NCBI RefSeq assembly: GCF_038025025.1
Contig: NW_027117347.1
Location: 1,426,001-1,490,000, forward strand
Direction of reading: 5' to 3'
Source: Phyllosticta citribraziliensis
Lineage: Eukaryota
Length of the DNA stretch: 64,000 nucleotides
Below the pieces are notes generated by a model that made no database searches, was not told the DNA's origin, and saw only the letters and a list, made by a program, of their open reading frames with translations. Positions 11,703 to 25,242 of the stretch are shown here, piece by piece (positions within the stretch are counted from its first letter, which is position 1; each line of letters begins with the position of its first letter). The position numbers and the translations under genes were made by a program.

Positions 11703-12008
11703 GGCGAGCGTGGAGGTGGAAGAGCGTGAGAGGGTCGAGTTTTGGGTGATTCGGCGCGGGAGACGCGCAGTTGTTCGTCAGACATCCGCGTTGGCAGAGC
11801 GAAACCACCTCAGGCTGTCACGAGTCTACACCGCCTAACGGCAGAACCAGCCACACCGCCTTCAGACCATGCACGGACGTGAAGCTTGCCCAAATTTTTG
11901 GCGCTCAGAGGCGCGTCTTTTGCGCTCTGAACCTCCAAGCGCGATCCACTGCGCGCTCCCTCTTCCCCTCAACCCAGTACCGAGCACAAGATGCCCTCCT
12001 CGCTCGGT
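11703..12008. promoter_or_regulatory. Short bidirectional promoter region, PRP3 / RPA190
   Basis: Head-to-head starts about 300 bp apart. AAATTTTT (partial RRPE-like) near 11892. Confidence 0.55.
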
Positions 12009-15000
12009 ATGAACATTGCGGAGCCCGTCTCGTCGTCCATTGCGGGCGTCGAGTTCGGCTTCCTTACCTCTGAGGAGATCCGGGCTCTCTCGGTCAAGAG
12101 AGTGACGAACCCTGTAACATTCGACAATCTGCTTCATCCGACCCCCGGTGGATTATACGACGCTGCTCTCGGAGCATTCCTTGACAACCCGTCAGTCCTG
12201 TCCTTGCTTGGGATCTTGCACATAGCTTTTGGCGTACTGGCAGAACTTGCAGACAGCCTTCTAACAACTGCGTAGGTGCTCGACATGCAATCTCAACACC
12301 CGCGATTGCCCAGGTCACTGCGGCCACATCGAACTCCCTGTGCCTGTCTACCACCCAACCTACATGGACCAATTGTTGCGCCTCGTCCGGTCTCAGTGTC
12401 AATATTGCTACGGCCTCAAGATGCCCCGAGTCCTTGTCCACGAGTACACGCTGCGTCTCAAGGCTCTCCGATACGGGCTTTTGAGTACCGAACTAGAAAT
12501 CCACGAGATGAAGCTTCAATCGGATAAAAAGGACCCGAAAGAAGAGGGCGAAGACGTGGAGTCGGACGACAGTGATGTTGCGAAGAGTGACATTATGAAG
12601 AAGCGGGAGGCCCTCTTCAAGCGGGCTCTCAAGTCTATCGGAGGCAGGAAGAGGTCGGAATGGTCGACAGAGAAGACAGAGGCCATCTCGGAGGCGCGAA
12701 GGATCCTCATCAAAAACTTTCTCTTCGACATCAACAAGAACAGGAAGTGCGGAAATTGTGGTGGAGTCAGTCCGTCTTTCAGAAAAGATCGCTACGTCAA
12801 GATTTTCAAGAAGGCGTTGAGCCCAAAGGACAAGGCTGCCATGATTCAAAAGGGAATGAAGATTAAGAACCCCATCGTGGAAGACGCGGAACGACAAAGA
12901 CGCCAACTTGCACTCAAGAACAAGCACAAGGGAGATGCAATGGAGACGGACGAAGGAGTCGCAGACATGGATGCTTCAGAGCTTGAAGACGAAGAAGATG
13001 GCGAGTCAATTGATGTCGACGAGGAAATTACCGACGGAACGGCAATCGCAGTGGAGGCGGCAACGGTGACGGCCTCGAAGAAGTCCAAGGACCAAGGAGA
13101 GCCCGGACAAACCTATGTTACCACTTCTGAGATCAAGGCTTTCCTGGAGCGGCTATTTGAGAAGGAGCAGGAGATCTTGAGCCTCGTCTATGGACCGCGG
13201 ACCCGTGCCAAAAAGTCTGGAAAAATGACACCCGACATGTTCTTCATCAAGACCCTTTGCGTCCCGCCGACCAAGTATCGCCCAGAAGCCAAGACTGGAC
13301 AGGACAATGTTGCCGAAGCCCAAATGAACAACCTCTACAAGAACATTTTGCAAGTTTGCCAGGACGTTGGAACGATCATCGCCGACATCAAGAGGGGCGC
13401 CACCGAGTCTGGCAAGGAGCCCAGAAGCTACAGCGACCTTCAGAACAACATTGTCAAGTTGCAGGACGGTGTCAATTCTCTCATCGATCGCGACCGCAAT
13501 CCTATCCAAGGAGCTGCTGGCAAGAAGAATGAAGACGGCATCAAGCAAAAGCTGGAGAAGAAGGAGGGTCTTTTCCGTAAAAACATGATGGGAAAGCGTG
13601 TCAACTTCGCGGCCCGCAGTGTCATTTCTCCAGACCCCAACATCGAAACCAACGAAATCGGTGTTCCTCCAGTCTTCGCCATGAAGCTGACATATCCTGA
13701 GCCGGTTACCAACCACAACTTTTACGAATTGAAGGAAGCTGTTCAGAATGGACCTTTCAAGTGGCCTGGTGCCTCGGCCATTGAGAACGAGGATGGATCC
13801 GTCATCAACCTTGAACGCAAGAATTTGGAAGAACGCACCGCGCTTTCAAACCAGCTTCTCGCACCGTCCACTACAAGGGTAAATGGTGCAAGAAACAAAA
13901 AGGTCTACCGGCATCTTAACAACGGCGATGTTGTCATTATGAACCGGCAGCCCACGCTCCACAAGCCATCCATGATGTGTCACCGAGCCAGGGTTCTTCC
14001 AGGAGAAAAGACAATTCGCATGCACTACGCCAACTGCAACACCTACAACGCCGACTTCGACGGTGATGAGATGAACATGCACTTTCCACAAAATGAGCTT
14101 GCGCGGGCAGAAGCTGCAACCATTGCAGACACTGATCATCAATATCTCTCTGCCACTGCCGGAGCGCCTTTGCGTGGTCTGATTCAGGATCACATCTCCA
14201 TGGGTGTTTCCCTGACCAACAAAGATACCTTTTTCACGCGCGACGACTACCACCAGCTTCTGTACGCCTGTTTGAGACCCGAGGACAACCACACGACTTC
14301 TGGCAGGCTCTTGACCGTTCCGCCGGCAATTCGGAAACCTAGGCCACTTTGGACGGGAAAGCAGCTTATCACCACTGTCCTGAAGAATATTCAACCCGAA
14401 ACACACGCTGGTCTCACGCTGCATTCCAAATCGACGACTGCCTCCAACCGATGGGGCGAGGGATCTGAGGAGCAAAACGTCATTTTCAAGGACGGAGAAC
14501 TTCTCTGTGGCATTATGGACAAGAAACAGATCGGTCCAGCCAGCGGAGGCTTCGTCAACGCCGTATACGAGGCTTACGGCCACACCGCTGCTGGAAGGCT
14601 TCTGAGCGCGCTCGGTAGAATGCTGACCAAGCTACTGCACATGAGAGCATTCTCTTGCGGTGTTGAGGACCTTGTGCTCACAGCAGAAGGAGAGAAGACG
14701 CGCCGTAAGATTCTACTGGGCGCCGAGAAGGTCGGTCTTGAGGTTGCTGCCAAGTACGTCTCATTAGAAAGTAGCAATCCGACTTCGACGAGCCCCGAGC
14801 TGCTGAAGAGGTTGGAGGGCGTCATGCGCGACGACTCGAAACAGCACGGTCTTGATCAGCTCACCAACCAAGCTACTGCCGGACTTTCTTCCGAGGTGAC
14901 CAAAGCATGTCTTCCGGATGGTTTGATCAAGCCGTTCCCAAAGAACCAGATGCAGTCTATGACTGGTTCTGGTGCCAAGGGTTCTCAGGTTAACGCCAAC

Positions 15001-17258
15001 CTCATTTCTTGCAACCTCGGGCAGCAAGTTTTGGAAGGACGTCGTGTGCCTACAATGGTCAGCGGAAAGACCTTGCCTTGTTTCAAGCCATTCGAGTCAA
15101 GTGTCAGGGCCGGTGGTTACATTGTCGACCGTTTCTTGACTGGTATCCGACCTCAGGAGTACTACTTCCACACCATGGCTGGTCGTGAGGGTTTGATCGA
15201 TACTGCCGTCAAGACTTCGCGTTCTGGTTACCTTCAACGCTGTGTTATCAAGGGAATGGAAGGTTTGAAGGTTGAGTACGACACGTCTGTACGTGATTCA
15301 GACGGCAGTGTTGTCCAATTCTTGTACGGCGAAGATGGTATCGATACGACCAAGGAGAAGTACATGATGGACTTTAAGTTTACCGCAGAGAACTTCCCGT
15401 CCATCGTCCATTCGTTGAACTTGGGTGGTCAGTTCTCAAGGATGATGAGCGACGAAGTCACCGACTACCACAAGGCTGCCACCAAATCCTACAAAAAGAC
15501 GAAAGACTTGGGTGTCATGGACCCTGTTACCTCGGTTTACTCCCCGGCAACACATGCTGGTAGCACGTCTGAAAGATTCTTCCAGGCGAAGAAGAAGGTG
15601 AGAAAGCCCAGCATAAGACGTTCGATCTACTGTTGCTAACGACACTCCAGTACGCTGAAGAGAACCCCGATAGGCTCATCAAGAACAAGAAACAAGGCGT
15701 TGACGGTATCGCACGCAAGACCTTTGACGCCGCCCTTGATGCCAAGTATCTCAAGTCGATTGTCGAGCCCGGTGAGGCCGTTGGTGTTGTTGCTGGCCAA
15801 TCCGTTGGTGAGCCATCGACACAAATGACGCTCAACACTTTCCACTTGGCGGGTCACTCGGCAAAGAACGTCACGCTTGGTATCCCCCGTCTGCGCGAAA
15901 TCGTCATGACTGCAAGTGCAAAGATTGGAACGCCTTCCATGACTTTGTACCTCAATCCTGAACTCAAGAAGGAAGAGGGTGAGAGGTTTGCCAAGGGCAT
16001 CAGCCGGCTCAGTCTTTCCGAGATCATCGACGACGTCACGGTCAATGAGACGGTGGGCAAGGGCGTTGGATACAGCATGGCGAAGATTTACAAGATTCGC
16101 CTCAACTTGTTCCCGTCCGAGGAGTACTGCAAGGAGTACGCCATCAACGTCAAGGATGTCGAGCAGACGATTGAGCGCAAGTTCCTCCCCCGGTTGCAGA
16201 AGATCATCCGCGCCGAGTTGAAGAAGAAGGGTGAGGAGAAGACGCTAAAGGCAGCTGCCAAGACCGACGCCCTGCCGGATATCGGAGAGTCTGCTGGCGT
16301 CATCGAGCAACAGCAGTCGCGGCCGGATGCTGAGGGAGGCAAAGGCGATGACGACGAAGATGAAGATGACGATGGCGATGCGACAAACTCGAAGCAAAAG
16401 GCCAACCGCTCAGAGAACGCTTCCTACGCAATGCCCGACGACGGGGAGGCCGCCATTGAAAAGCAGACCCGAGAGAGAGATGCTACGCCGGACGTTGAGG
16501 ACGAAGGTCTCAAGAGCCGCTCGAGGAGCGCTAGCGACTCTGAAGACGACTCTGAAGACGAGGACATTGGGAAGATGAGCAAGATTGCCAAGGCCGAGAG
16601 GGAGCTGCGCATCAAGGAGAAGGTCCAGGACATCGCGTCTTTCAAGTTTGACGACGAAGACGGCCAGTGGTGCGAGATTGTCTTCGAGTACGACGTGTCG
16701 ACGGCCAAGCTGCTCATGCTCCACCTGGTCGAGACCGCCTGCCACGACGCCGTCATCCAGTCGTGCGGCGGGCTCAACGGCTGTCTCGCGACGACGGAAA
16801 AGATTGACGGCAAGAAGACCAACATCATCGTGACCGAGGGCGTCGACCTCAAGGCCATGTGGGACTACTGCGACGTCATCGAGCCGCACAAGATCTTCAC
16901 CAACGACATCTGCCAGGTGCTCGAGAACTACGGCGTCGAGGCGGCGCGCGCGACCATTGTGCGCGAGATGAACGCCGTCTTCGGCGGCCACGGTATCTCG
17001 GTCGACAACCGCCACCTCAACCTCATCGCCGACACAATGACGCGCGGCGGCGGCTACACGGCCTTCAACCGCATGGGCATGAAGAGCAACCCGTCGCCGT
17101 TCATGAAGATGAGCTTCGAGACGACCGTCGGTTTCTTGAAGGACGCCGTCATGGAGGAGGACGAGGATCTTCTGGAGAACCCGTCGGCCCGCATCGTCGT
17201 CGGCAAGCTCAGCAAGGTCGGCACGGGCTCGTTTGACGTTCTTATGCCTGTCGGTTGA
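12009..17258 (+). CDS. RPA190: RNA polymerase I largest subunit (exons 12009-12190, 12276-15597, 15651-17258)
   Basis: Motifs CPGHCGHIEL, KEGLFRKNMMGKRVN, catalytic YNADFDGDEMN, AVKTSRSGYLQR, EPSTQMTLNTFH, MSFETT and GTGSFDV. Pol I-type acidic insertion. Confidence 0.98.
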
Positions 17259-17296
17259 GCTTGGAGGGCTAGAAAAGAAAGGAAAGTAGATGCAGG

Positions 17297-17312
17297 AAAA
17301 AAAAAAAAAAAA
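17297..17312 (+). repeat. Poly(A) tract (16 nt) in the RPA190 3' region
   Basis: Run of A read directly. Confidence 0.9.
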
Positions 17313-17654
17313 GTTGCGCTCGAGTGTTCTATATGCTCTTGAGCTAACTGGGCGTTTTGAAAAAGGGTTGGGATCCGCATTTATGGCGGGGTTAGGGTGC
17401 TTTTGTGTTGTAAATTAGCTCTGATGCTTTTCATAGGATGGATAGATATGCACTAGATTGCTCTTCTGATGTCTGCGTCTATTGTGCGAGAAGATTCCCA
17501 TTGGGCTGTTGCTCGCATTGAAGAGTCTTGCGCCGGCCTTCCCATGACTATCCGAAAGAATAACGCCTTCTTTTTCTCCACCATGTGCATCGACCAAGCC
17601 CAAACCGAACCTTCTGCCTTGCTCCTCTCGCACCTGGAGTTTCTCGCGGCGGCA

Positions 17655-19067
17655 TCACTGCAACTTATAGCCATCCCCCAAACCATCGACGACACAAATC
17701 TCCAGGCCGACGACCGACTCACGCTGCCGCGCCGGCGACGTCGTTGCAAGAGCCGCTGGCCTGGTCTCGCCAAGCATCTCTGCTGCTGCCGTGCTCGAAC
17801 GCCTCCTCCGCTGCGAGCCGGAAAGCGGCGTTGGCAGCGTGCCCAGGCCACCTCCAGTCAAGACGGCCTGGCTCGACTTGGTCGAGCGGCTGCGCGACGA
17901 GTGCGACGGCTCGCCCAGCGACGTCACTTTGCGGAAGATGGGCCGTAGCGTGATGGCGCAGGCGGTGCAGATGGCGACTTGGACTTCGATGTGGCTCCAG
18001 AGGAGGATCTGCATGAGGGACGAGGATGGGTTGGTTGGGATGTCTGGCTGGCGAGAAGAGAGGGGGCGAGAAGACTTACCCAGATGGCGGTATACGGAGG
18101 GTCGCTGGAGACGCTCCAGTCGTATATGGCGATCAAGCGGGCGATGGAGGCGCAGAGAGAGAGACTGCCGATGAGGAATATGCCAATCACGGCGGCTGCG
18201 ATATGGGATGGGCCAGTCAGAGACGTAAACGAAGAATGTAAAGGGCAGGAGGAGCTTCCTCACCTCGTCGTCGCTTTGGGATTTGCAGCTTGGCCAACAC
18301 GGGCATGGGCAATATCAAAATGACAAAGTCTGTCAGGATGGCCGTGGCGGACCGCGCAAAGTACGCTGCTTCCAGGTTGATACAGCCTCTGGGGAACTCG
18401 TCTACATCCCATGCTCGTGACGGGTTGGAGCATTCAAAGATCTTTGTCGTGGGCATTTGGCGTCAGTGGCGGCGGATTCTCGCAAGACTTTTGAGGAGTC
18501 AGGGTTGCTCACGTTTACGATTTCTGTAATGATGGTGTCGAGTAGGACGAAGTAGGCCACTCCTTTGATCCACATTCTCAGGCGTTGGTGGATGAAGATG
18601 CGGTAGTAGAGAATGAGGATGCTCTGTTTGACAAGGCATAGCGCGAGCGGATAGAGCAGTTGGTACGCGTACCAATGCTTGTATATTGGCACAAAGTTTT
18701 CCCGCGGTATGGTTTCCATGTGGGTCCTAGCAAAGTGTTACCCAGTGCGTCGAAACAGATGAGAAGTTGAAAGTATGCTACCAACCCTGTGCCGTACGTG
18801 ACATGGACGAAACTCTGCACGTTCATACCAACCGCAACGATGAAAGCCGCCAAGATGCAGTAGTCATCCTTGCCAGCTTCTCCAATATGCCGGATGCGAC
18901 AGTAGAGCCTACACTTCTGTTAGCATTCCTACTTTGCTGAGGACGAAAAAATCCTTCCCGCCATCTTACCTCAGCGCGATGAAGATGACATTCAAAATGA
19001 AAAGATTTCCCAACACTACCAAGAATATTGGCTGTCTTGAGCCATTGGCAGCTGTGATATATTGCAT
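17655..19067 (-). CDS. PTH11-like (fungal rhodopsin-domain) 7-TM integral membrane protein, multi-exon, no CFEM domain seen
   Basis: Spliced pieces read IALRLYCR..GKDDY, LCLVKQSILILYYRIF, IFECSNPSRAWD, ILTDFVILILPMPVL, IFLIGSLSLCASIARL and WSHIEVQVAICTAC, which are hallmark PTH11-family motifs. Confidence 0.88.
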
Positions 19068-20159
19068 CCCGTGCGGCAGTGAGCGGTGGTCGTCTTCTCC
19101 TTGCCCCTTTGGTTTAACAGCCAATTATCGCCACGGCCTTCTTTCCGAACAAGGCGCGTAATAAGGTGTTTGAGAGTTTCACCGAGCGACTATGACATAC
19201 AGGGCGGCAGGCCTCCTGTTCACTGAGTCCACGAGTCATTCGTTCGTGCTCCGTTTTCTGCTGCGACAACCTGGTATAAGGTCCCTTGTACTGGCCGACT
19301 GTTCGGTCTTCGGTGTCACTGGTTTCACGGTACGGTCGGTTGCAGTCGCAGTGTCCCTGATACGAGAAGAATGGCAGATGATACTTCAAAGCTCGCCAAT
19401 GATGTCTTGAATCTGGTATCGGGTTCCATTGTTTCTCAACAGTGCAGGCAACGTCGCTCGGCAAACCTTGGCTCTTCGATACCCAATCTCTTCAAAGCCT
19501 CAGATGCGGCTGGCTTGGAGATGGATGTTTACGGTAGGTTGGTACCGATAGACGTCATCCCGTCATCATCTGTGAATCCGTGGGCTTCGTTTGTCCACTT
19601 GAAAATTTTGGTGCCGCGGAGCTGGGAGAACGGGCGCAGGTCACCATAGCCGGCTCAACGAGAGGGACCGCAAACTCTCGGAATTCAGCGTGACAAGAGA
19701 AATCATCTTTTTGGAAGAACCTCGTTTGAGCAAGCAGATTCCGTCGTTGACTGCTTGCCGTATTGCAAACGCCAGTCTCGATGACAAGAGTACGGAGTGG
19801 TCGGACTTCACGTCATCTTCCCCTTCAGCAGCAGCCTTGGATCCATATCGGGGAATGAAAACCAACACAGCAGAGCCCTGTGCTCTGAAGTTGATGGAGC
19901 TTCAACACACGAGGCCAGGGCGGAGGGTTGTTGATGGAAAGGGAACCGCGCGGCAAGACCGCCAACCCAGTCAAGGAACCCGGCGTAGATCGTGCACGGG
20001 CCTCTGGCAGCAACCTGGCTTCATGGAAGCAGTTGATCATCGTCACTTTCACTACCACAAAACCATCTCGATTGAGTGATTGTATTCGCCCTAATCCGAG
20101 TACACACTGATGGGGTCACTCGGGTGATAGTGCTCCACATCTCTCATCGTCCTCCGACC

Positions 20160-21883
20160 ATGTCCTCCGTGCTCTCTGCCTCCGCGAAAGGGGCAACCTT
20201 TCTCATCCTCCTCCAGGTTGGGTCTCGATTTCTTACCTTTGCTGTCAACCAAGTCTTGCTGCGCTATCTATCGCCCGAGCTGCTTGGAGTGTCTGCGCAG
20301 CTCGAGCTGTTCAACATCTCAGTGGTCTACTTTTCTCGCGAAAGTCTGCGAGTAGCCCTGCAGAGACAAGCGACGGGGATCCAAACAGTCATCAACTTGT
20401 CGTACCTGGCCATCTTTCTCGGAACGCCGCTCGCACATGTTCTAGCGTGGACATGGCTTCGAGCTCAAGTTCCAGATGTGGCCTTCTTTCGCCAGTCTTT
20501 GTGGATCTACGCCTATGCGACCATCATTGAGCTGTTCACGGAGCCAGCCTTTACGTCGACGCAACAGCTCCTCTTGTACAAAGTCAGAGCTTCTGCAGAA
20601 AGCGCGGGAACCATTCTCAGGTGCTTTGCTACTTGCGCGTTTGCCATTTGGGCTAGTAGGACTGGATGTGACCCAGGAGCATCGCCATTCGCCGTTGGCC
20701 AGCTTGCTTATGCGGTTGCTTTGCTCGCAACCTATCTGATCAAAGTCATTCCAGTCTCCAAGAGGGAAAAATTTTCCCTGTTGCCCAAGTTTCCAGAAAA
20801 GAGGTATGTCGCTCAATCACTCAACCGAGGAGCGCGCCTGACAAAGTGCAGCAAATCCGACGAAATACCGCTCTTGAAACTCAGTCTCAGCTTGTTCATG
20901 CAGTCGAGCGTGAAGTACATCCTCACCCAAGGGGATGCCATTCTCATCGCCTCATGGGCGTCTCTCCGTGACCAGGGTGCCTACGCCCTCGCATCCAACT
21001 ACGGGGGACTCATTGCCCGCATGCTTTTCCAGCCCATTGAAGAGGCGAGCCGAAACCTCTTCTCCAAGCTCTGCGCCGTGCAAGCTTCAACCCAGAAGCC
21101 GGCCAAGGAGGGATTGAAGCAAGCAAAACAGACGCTGGAGACGATTCTCCACCTCTACAACCTCATCTCCCTCGCTGCCTGCGGACTGGGCCCGACGCTG
21201 GCGCCTTTGTTGCTCAAAATCGTTGCGGGTTCCAAATGGGCGGAGACTGGGGCCGGAGAGACGCTTGCGACGTACTGCTACTACATTCCGTTGCTTGCTC
21301 TCAACGGCGTCACTGAGGCGTTCATTGCATCCGTTGCCACCAACGCGGAACTCGGCGCGCAGTCCTTCTACATGGGATTCTTCTTTGCCGGCTTCGCGGG
21401 TTCGGCATATCTGTTTCTGCAGGTCTTGCAGATGGGAGCTCAGGGCCTAGTGTTCGCGAACTGCGTCAACATGGCGTTGCGCATTGTGTGGGGCTTGAGC
21501 TTCATCAAAAAGTACTTTGGGCGCCACGGCAAAGTATGTTTTGACCCGAATGGCTCTTGTGGGCTCTGCTGACCTAGACCATCAGGACTTTGATTTTCTC
21601 GCGACACTGCCAAAAGGATTGAGCATCGCAGCGGCTGTTTCGGCATCACCTTTGCTCAAGATGACGAATGGCTTGTTTCCTCGGTACGGTGTTCTTGGGG
21701 ACCTTGTGCCGGCAGGTGGCGTAGCAGCCGTGTTTGGATTGGGACTGTGAGTTTTGAGTTGCACCAGTGGAAGGACAAAGCTGACCCTATGACAGTCTTT
21801 TTCTCGAGCGAGACTATCTGGTACAGTGCTACCACATGCTCCGCCCAAAGCGAGAGGCCCAGCCAGACAAGGAAGGAAAGTAG
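20160..21883 (+). CDS. RFT1: Man5GlcNAc2-PP-dolichol translocation protein Rft1 (introns 20804-20851, 21534-21585, ~21746-21794)
   Basis: Motifs [57 protein letters not shown] and [10 protein letters not shown]. Confidence 0.95.
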
Positions 21884-22461
21884 GGCCTCGGTCGCGCCAA
21901 AAAAAAAGTGTACATACAAACAAGCAGCGAAACGTCAAGGCGGCTGTCGACATGAACAAGGGGTGGAAATTTGCCCATTGAGACGCAGTGAAGAGTTGGG
22001 CGCATCCGAAGGGGTTATCTCGGCAAGCAGAGAGCAAGATTGAACGTCGCAAAAGATTCGGTCGCTTTCGCGGATTCCGCGCGCGGCGTCGAGATTGTTC
22101 GAGAGAGGGAGCCCGCAGAATTCCACGTCGATCACCGAGGGGGCCGCCGCGAGTCGAGCAACCTTGCAGAGGCCATGGACGAGGGCTTGACAACGGGTTC
22201 TCATCGAGGGGTTCCATGTGCTGCTCCTGGACATGTGCAAATTTTAGCCTGTCAAGCTTCCCTCTGGTGTCTCAGTGTTGGTGTATGCTTAGCTTGCATG
22301 GTTGCCATCACTTGCATGATCGGCGTAGGGGTCCATCCTGATGTCTCTCCACAGCTGTGGCGGTGCGTCAGCCACTCTTCGCATCCCGGCAAGAAAGTTT
22401 AACCATGTCACGTCGACCGCTACACACTCCCATGTGCCTGACATACCCTCCACCACCGACC

Positions 22462-24153
22462 ATGCTCTCCCTCCGCCTCATCCGCCAGCTGATAGACAGC
22501 ACCCTCCTCGACCGCCCCGTCGTCTCGCAATGCTGTCGACGCAGCGCTGCCCACCTACCTCCGCGCCCTCAAACCCGCCTCTTCGCGTCGTCCTCGCCCG
22601 CCCGTCCGCTTCTTCCTCCGCACGCGCAGCGCCCACAATGTATATCTAGACAAGATGTCCGGCACAAGTCGAACAAGTCGTCGTCAGCGTGGACGAGACG
22701 CCAAGGTCGCGACTCGTTCACGCGCGAAGCTAAAGTCCAAGGCCTCAAGAGCCGGGCGGCCTTCAAACTGCTCGAGGTGCGCGCGACAACAACAACACCA
22801 CCACCACCACCACCAAACCGCCTCGCTGCTCCGAAAATTCTACGCTAACTCTCTCCCTCGCACGCGTCCCAGATCAATGAAAAATACCGCATCTTCCGGC
22901 GGCGCTCGACCGTCGTCGACCTGGGCTACGCGCCGGGCAGCTGGTCGCAAGTCGCCATCTCGTGCACGGCGCCGGGCGGGCGCGTCGTCGGCATCGACGT
23001 GATCCCGGCGCAGCCACCGCGCGGCGTGTCGACGATCCAGGGCAACTTCCTCAGCCCGGCCGTGCAGGCCGAGGTGCGCGCGTACGTGCAGGACCCGGAG
23101 CGCGGGCGCGCCGTCGAGCGGAGGAGCCTGGTGAGAGACGAGACGGCGGCGGGAGCGGGAGAGGACGGGGAAGAGGGCGGCGGCGCGACGGAGGAGGAGC
23201 TCGAGGAGGCGGAGAGGGGCTATGTGGATCGCGAGCGGAGGGCGCGGTTGATGGCGCGGGGCGAGGAAGAGGGTGACGGCGACGGCGCACGACATCAACA
23301 ACAACAGCATGAAGCTGGCAACGAGGGAGACGCGGCGAAGGCCAAGGCCAAAGCGGCGGCGGCGGCTGCTGCGTCGCAAAAGGCGCAGGACAAGGCGGCT
23401 GGCCGCGTCGTCGACGTGGTGCTGAGTGACATGTGCGAGCCCTGGGAGCTGACGAGCGGGTTCCACAAGAGAAGCGTAACTGAGCCGTACTTCAGGATGA
23501 TGAACACGAGCGGGATCCCGTTCCGCGACCACGCGGGGAGCATGGTAAACACTTTTCTCTCTCTCCTCCCACCTCCCTCTTCCCCCTCGTTCCCCTTCTC
23601 CTGGTCCCACACCACAGACAGCTGCCACCAGTATGTATGTAGCTAACCACCACCACCACCACCAGGACCTCTGCAACGCCGCCCTCAACTTCGCCCACGA
23701 CACGCTGCGCACCGGCGGCCACTTCGTCTGCAAATTCTACCAGGGCGCCGAGGACAAGGCGCTCGAGAAGGCGCTGCGGCGCCTCTTTGACCGCGTCCAC
23801 CGCCTCAAGCCCGAGGCCTCGAGGAATGTGCGTCTTTCTATCTTTTTCTCTTCCCGCCTCTCCCCCTCTCTCTCTCTTCTGTGACCAATTTCTCTCCCCT
23901 CCCCCCTTCCCACTGTTTCTCTGCCATCTTTGTTTGCGTACACACGACCGCAACGAGCCGAACTGCGACCACAACTAACCATTGCCCCTCACGCCGGGGA
24001 CGTGACGCGCAGGAGTCCAACGAAGCCTACTTCGTCGCGCTGCGACGCAAAGCCGCGCCGTCCAAAGCCGACGTCTTTGCGCTGCCGCCGGCCAGTCAGG
24101 GTGGCGGTGGTGGTGGGGGAAGCGAGCCGGGCAGCGCTGAAGGGGCTGCGTAG
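22462..24153 (+). CDS. MRM2: Mitochondrial rRNA 2'-O-methyltransferase, FtsJ/RrmE family (4 exons)
   Basis: Motifs KSRAAFKLLE, VVDLGYAPGSWSQ, VDVVLSDM, FVCKFYQG and KPEASR.ES.EAYFV. Arg/Ser-rich presequence. Low-complexity insert in exon 2. Confidence 0.92.
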
Positions 24154-24931
24154 GTAGTTTATGGGATTATAGATTTGAGTGTAGGCAAGAGACAAGATGA
24201 GACAAGACAAGAAGACACGGCCGACGCGAGAAGGCAATGAACGAAGAAAAAGGGACGATTGGGTGCCTGGTGCGTCGAGATAGCCTCCGCACACCAATTC
24301 CTCATCTTTCTTCCAGATGCTGTTGTGATGACAAAGCCGCTATCCATCACAGCTGGCGCATCATCGCACAACTTCATAGACAGCAAGTCGGCTCGGAGCG
24401 CGAACACCTCACGTCAGTCATGACACTTCATTCCAAACCATTTCATCCATAGATGTGCTGCTTCCGTCTACTACTACCGGCACTACTGCTCACTACTGTC
24501 CTGGGTATATGCTCGCGTGCTTGCGTCGTACTTCTGCTTCTGCTTCTCCCCGCCAATCCCTATCCCCATCTCTCTCGTGCTCCCTCTCTGATCCGTACTT
24601 ACTCAGTTACTCGCTCGCCAGCACCTTTCTTTCCCTGCCATCCGATCGAGTCATGCATGACGATGACGTCCGTCTGTTCAGCCCAGCGGCGCATGCGTCT
24701 CGCATCCACCATCGCCACCACCACCACCACAAATACTGCGTCCACCACTACCCTTGCCCATCCCATCTCAGCCCATCCGACTCAAAATGCTCATGACAAC
24801 AGACAAAAAAGAAAGGGGGGCAACCGACCAAGCACCAACAAAACAAACCCGAAACCAACAGGAAAAAAGAAAAACGGCAAACAGCAACGCCAACGCGGAA
24901 AAGAGAGAGACGGGGGAAAGCAAAGGAAGAG

Positions 24932-24935
<4 letters not shown>

Positions 24936-24964
<29 letters not shown>
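24936..24964. repeat. (AG)n microsatellite
   Basis: Uninterrupted AG dinucleotide run. Confidence 0.9.
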
Positions 24965-24968
<4 letters not shown>

Positions 24969-25242
24969 GAAAGAATGGGAAAGAGAAAAAGATCGCCCTT
25001 GCGACCATCTACCGTCCCGGGGAAAAAAGCCAAACCGAAAAGAATTCAACACCAAACCAAACGACCCACAGACCGACCGACCCATGCCCAACGCCAATAA
25101 TCGCCGTCCCCTTCCCCTATTTTTCCCACAATGACCGGTAAGCAATGTTTTAAGCAGCAGCTGCAACGGTGGTCGTGGTGATGTGATAGAAGTAGTTGGT
25201 GGTGGCAGTGGTATGCACTCATATCCACAAACGCCCGCCGCA

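Noticed and set aside
17388..17397. GGGTTAGGG telomere-like word
   Set aside because: Only about one and a half repeat units in a 3' spacer, expected by chance.
19200..19900. Interrupted minus-strand frame (FKWTNEAHGFTDDDG...EALKRLGIEEP) between the PTH11-like gene and RFT1
   Set aside because: Short, broken by stops and not assignable to a family without a search.
20804..20851. Stop-free introns with length divisible by three (RFT1 48 nt, CSN3 54 nt, CMR1 54 nt, gapA 54 nt, NSL1 102 nt)
   Set aside because: A handful among dozens of short GC-rich introns is about what chance would give, and all have normal splice signals.
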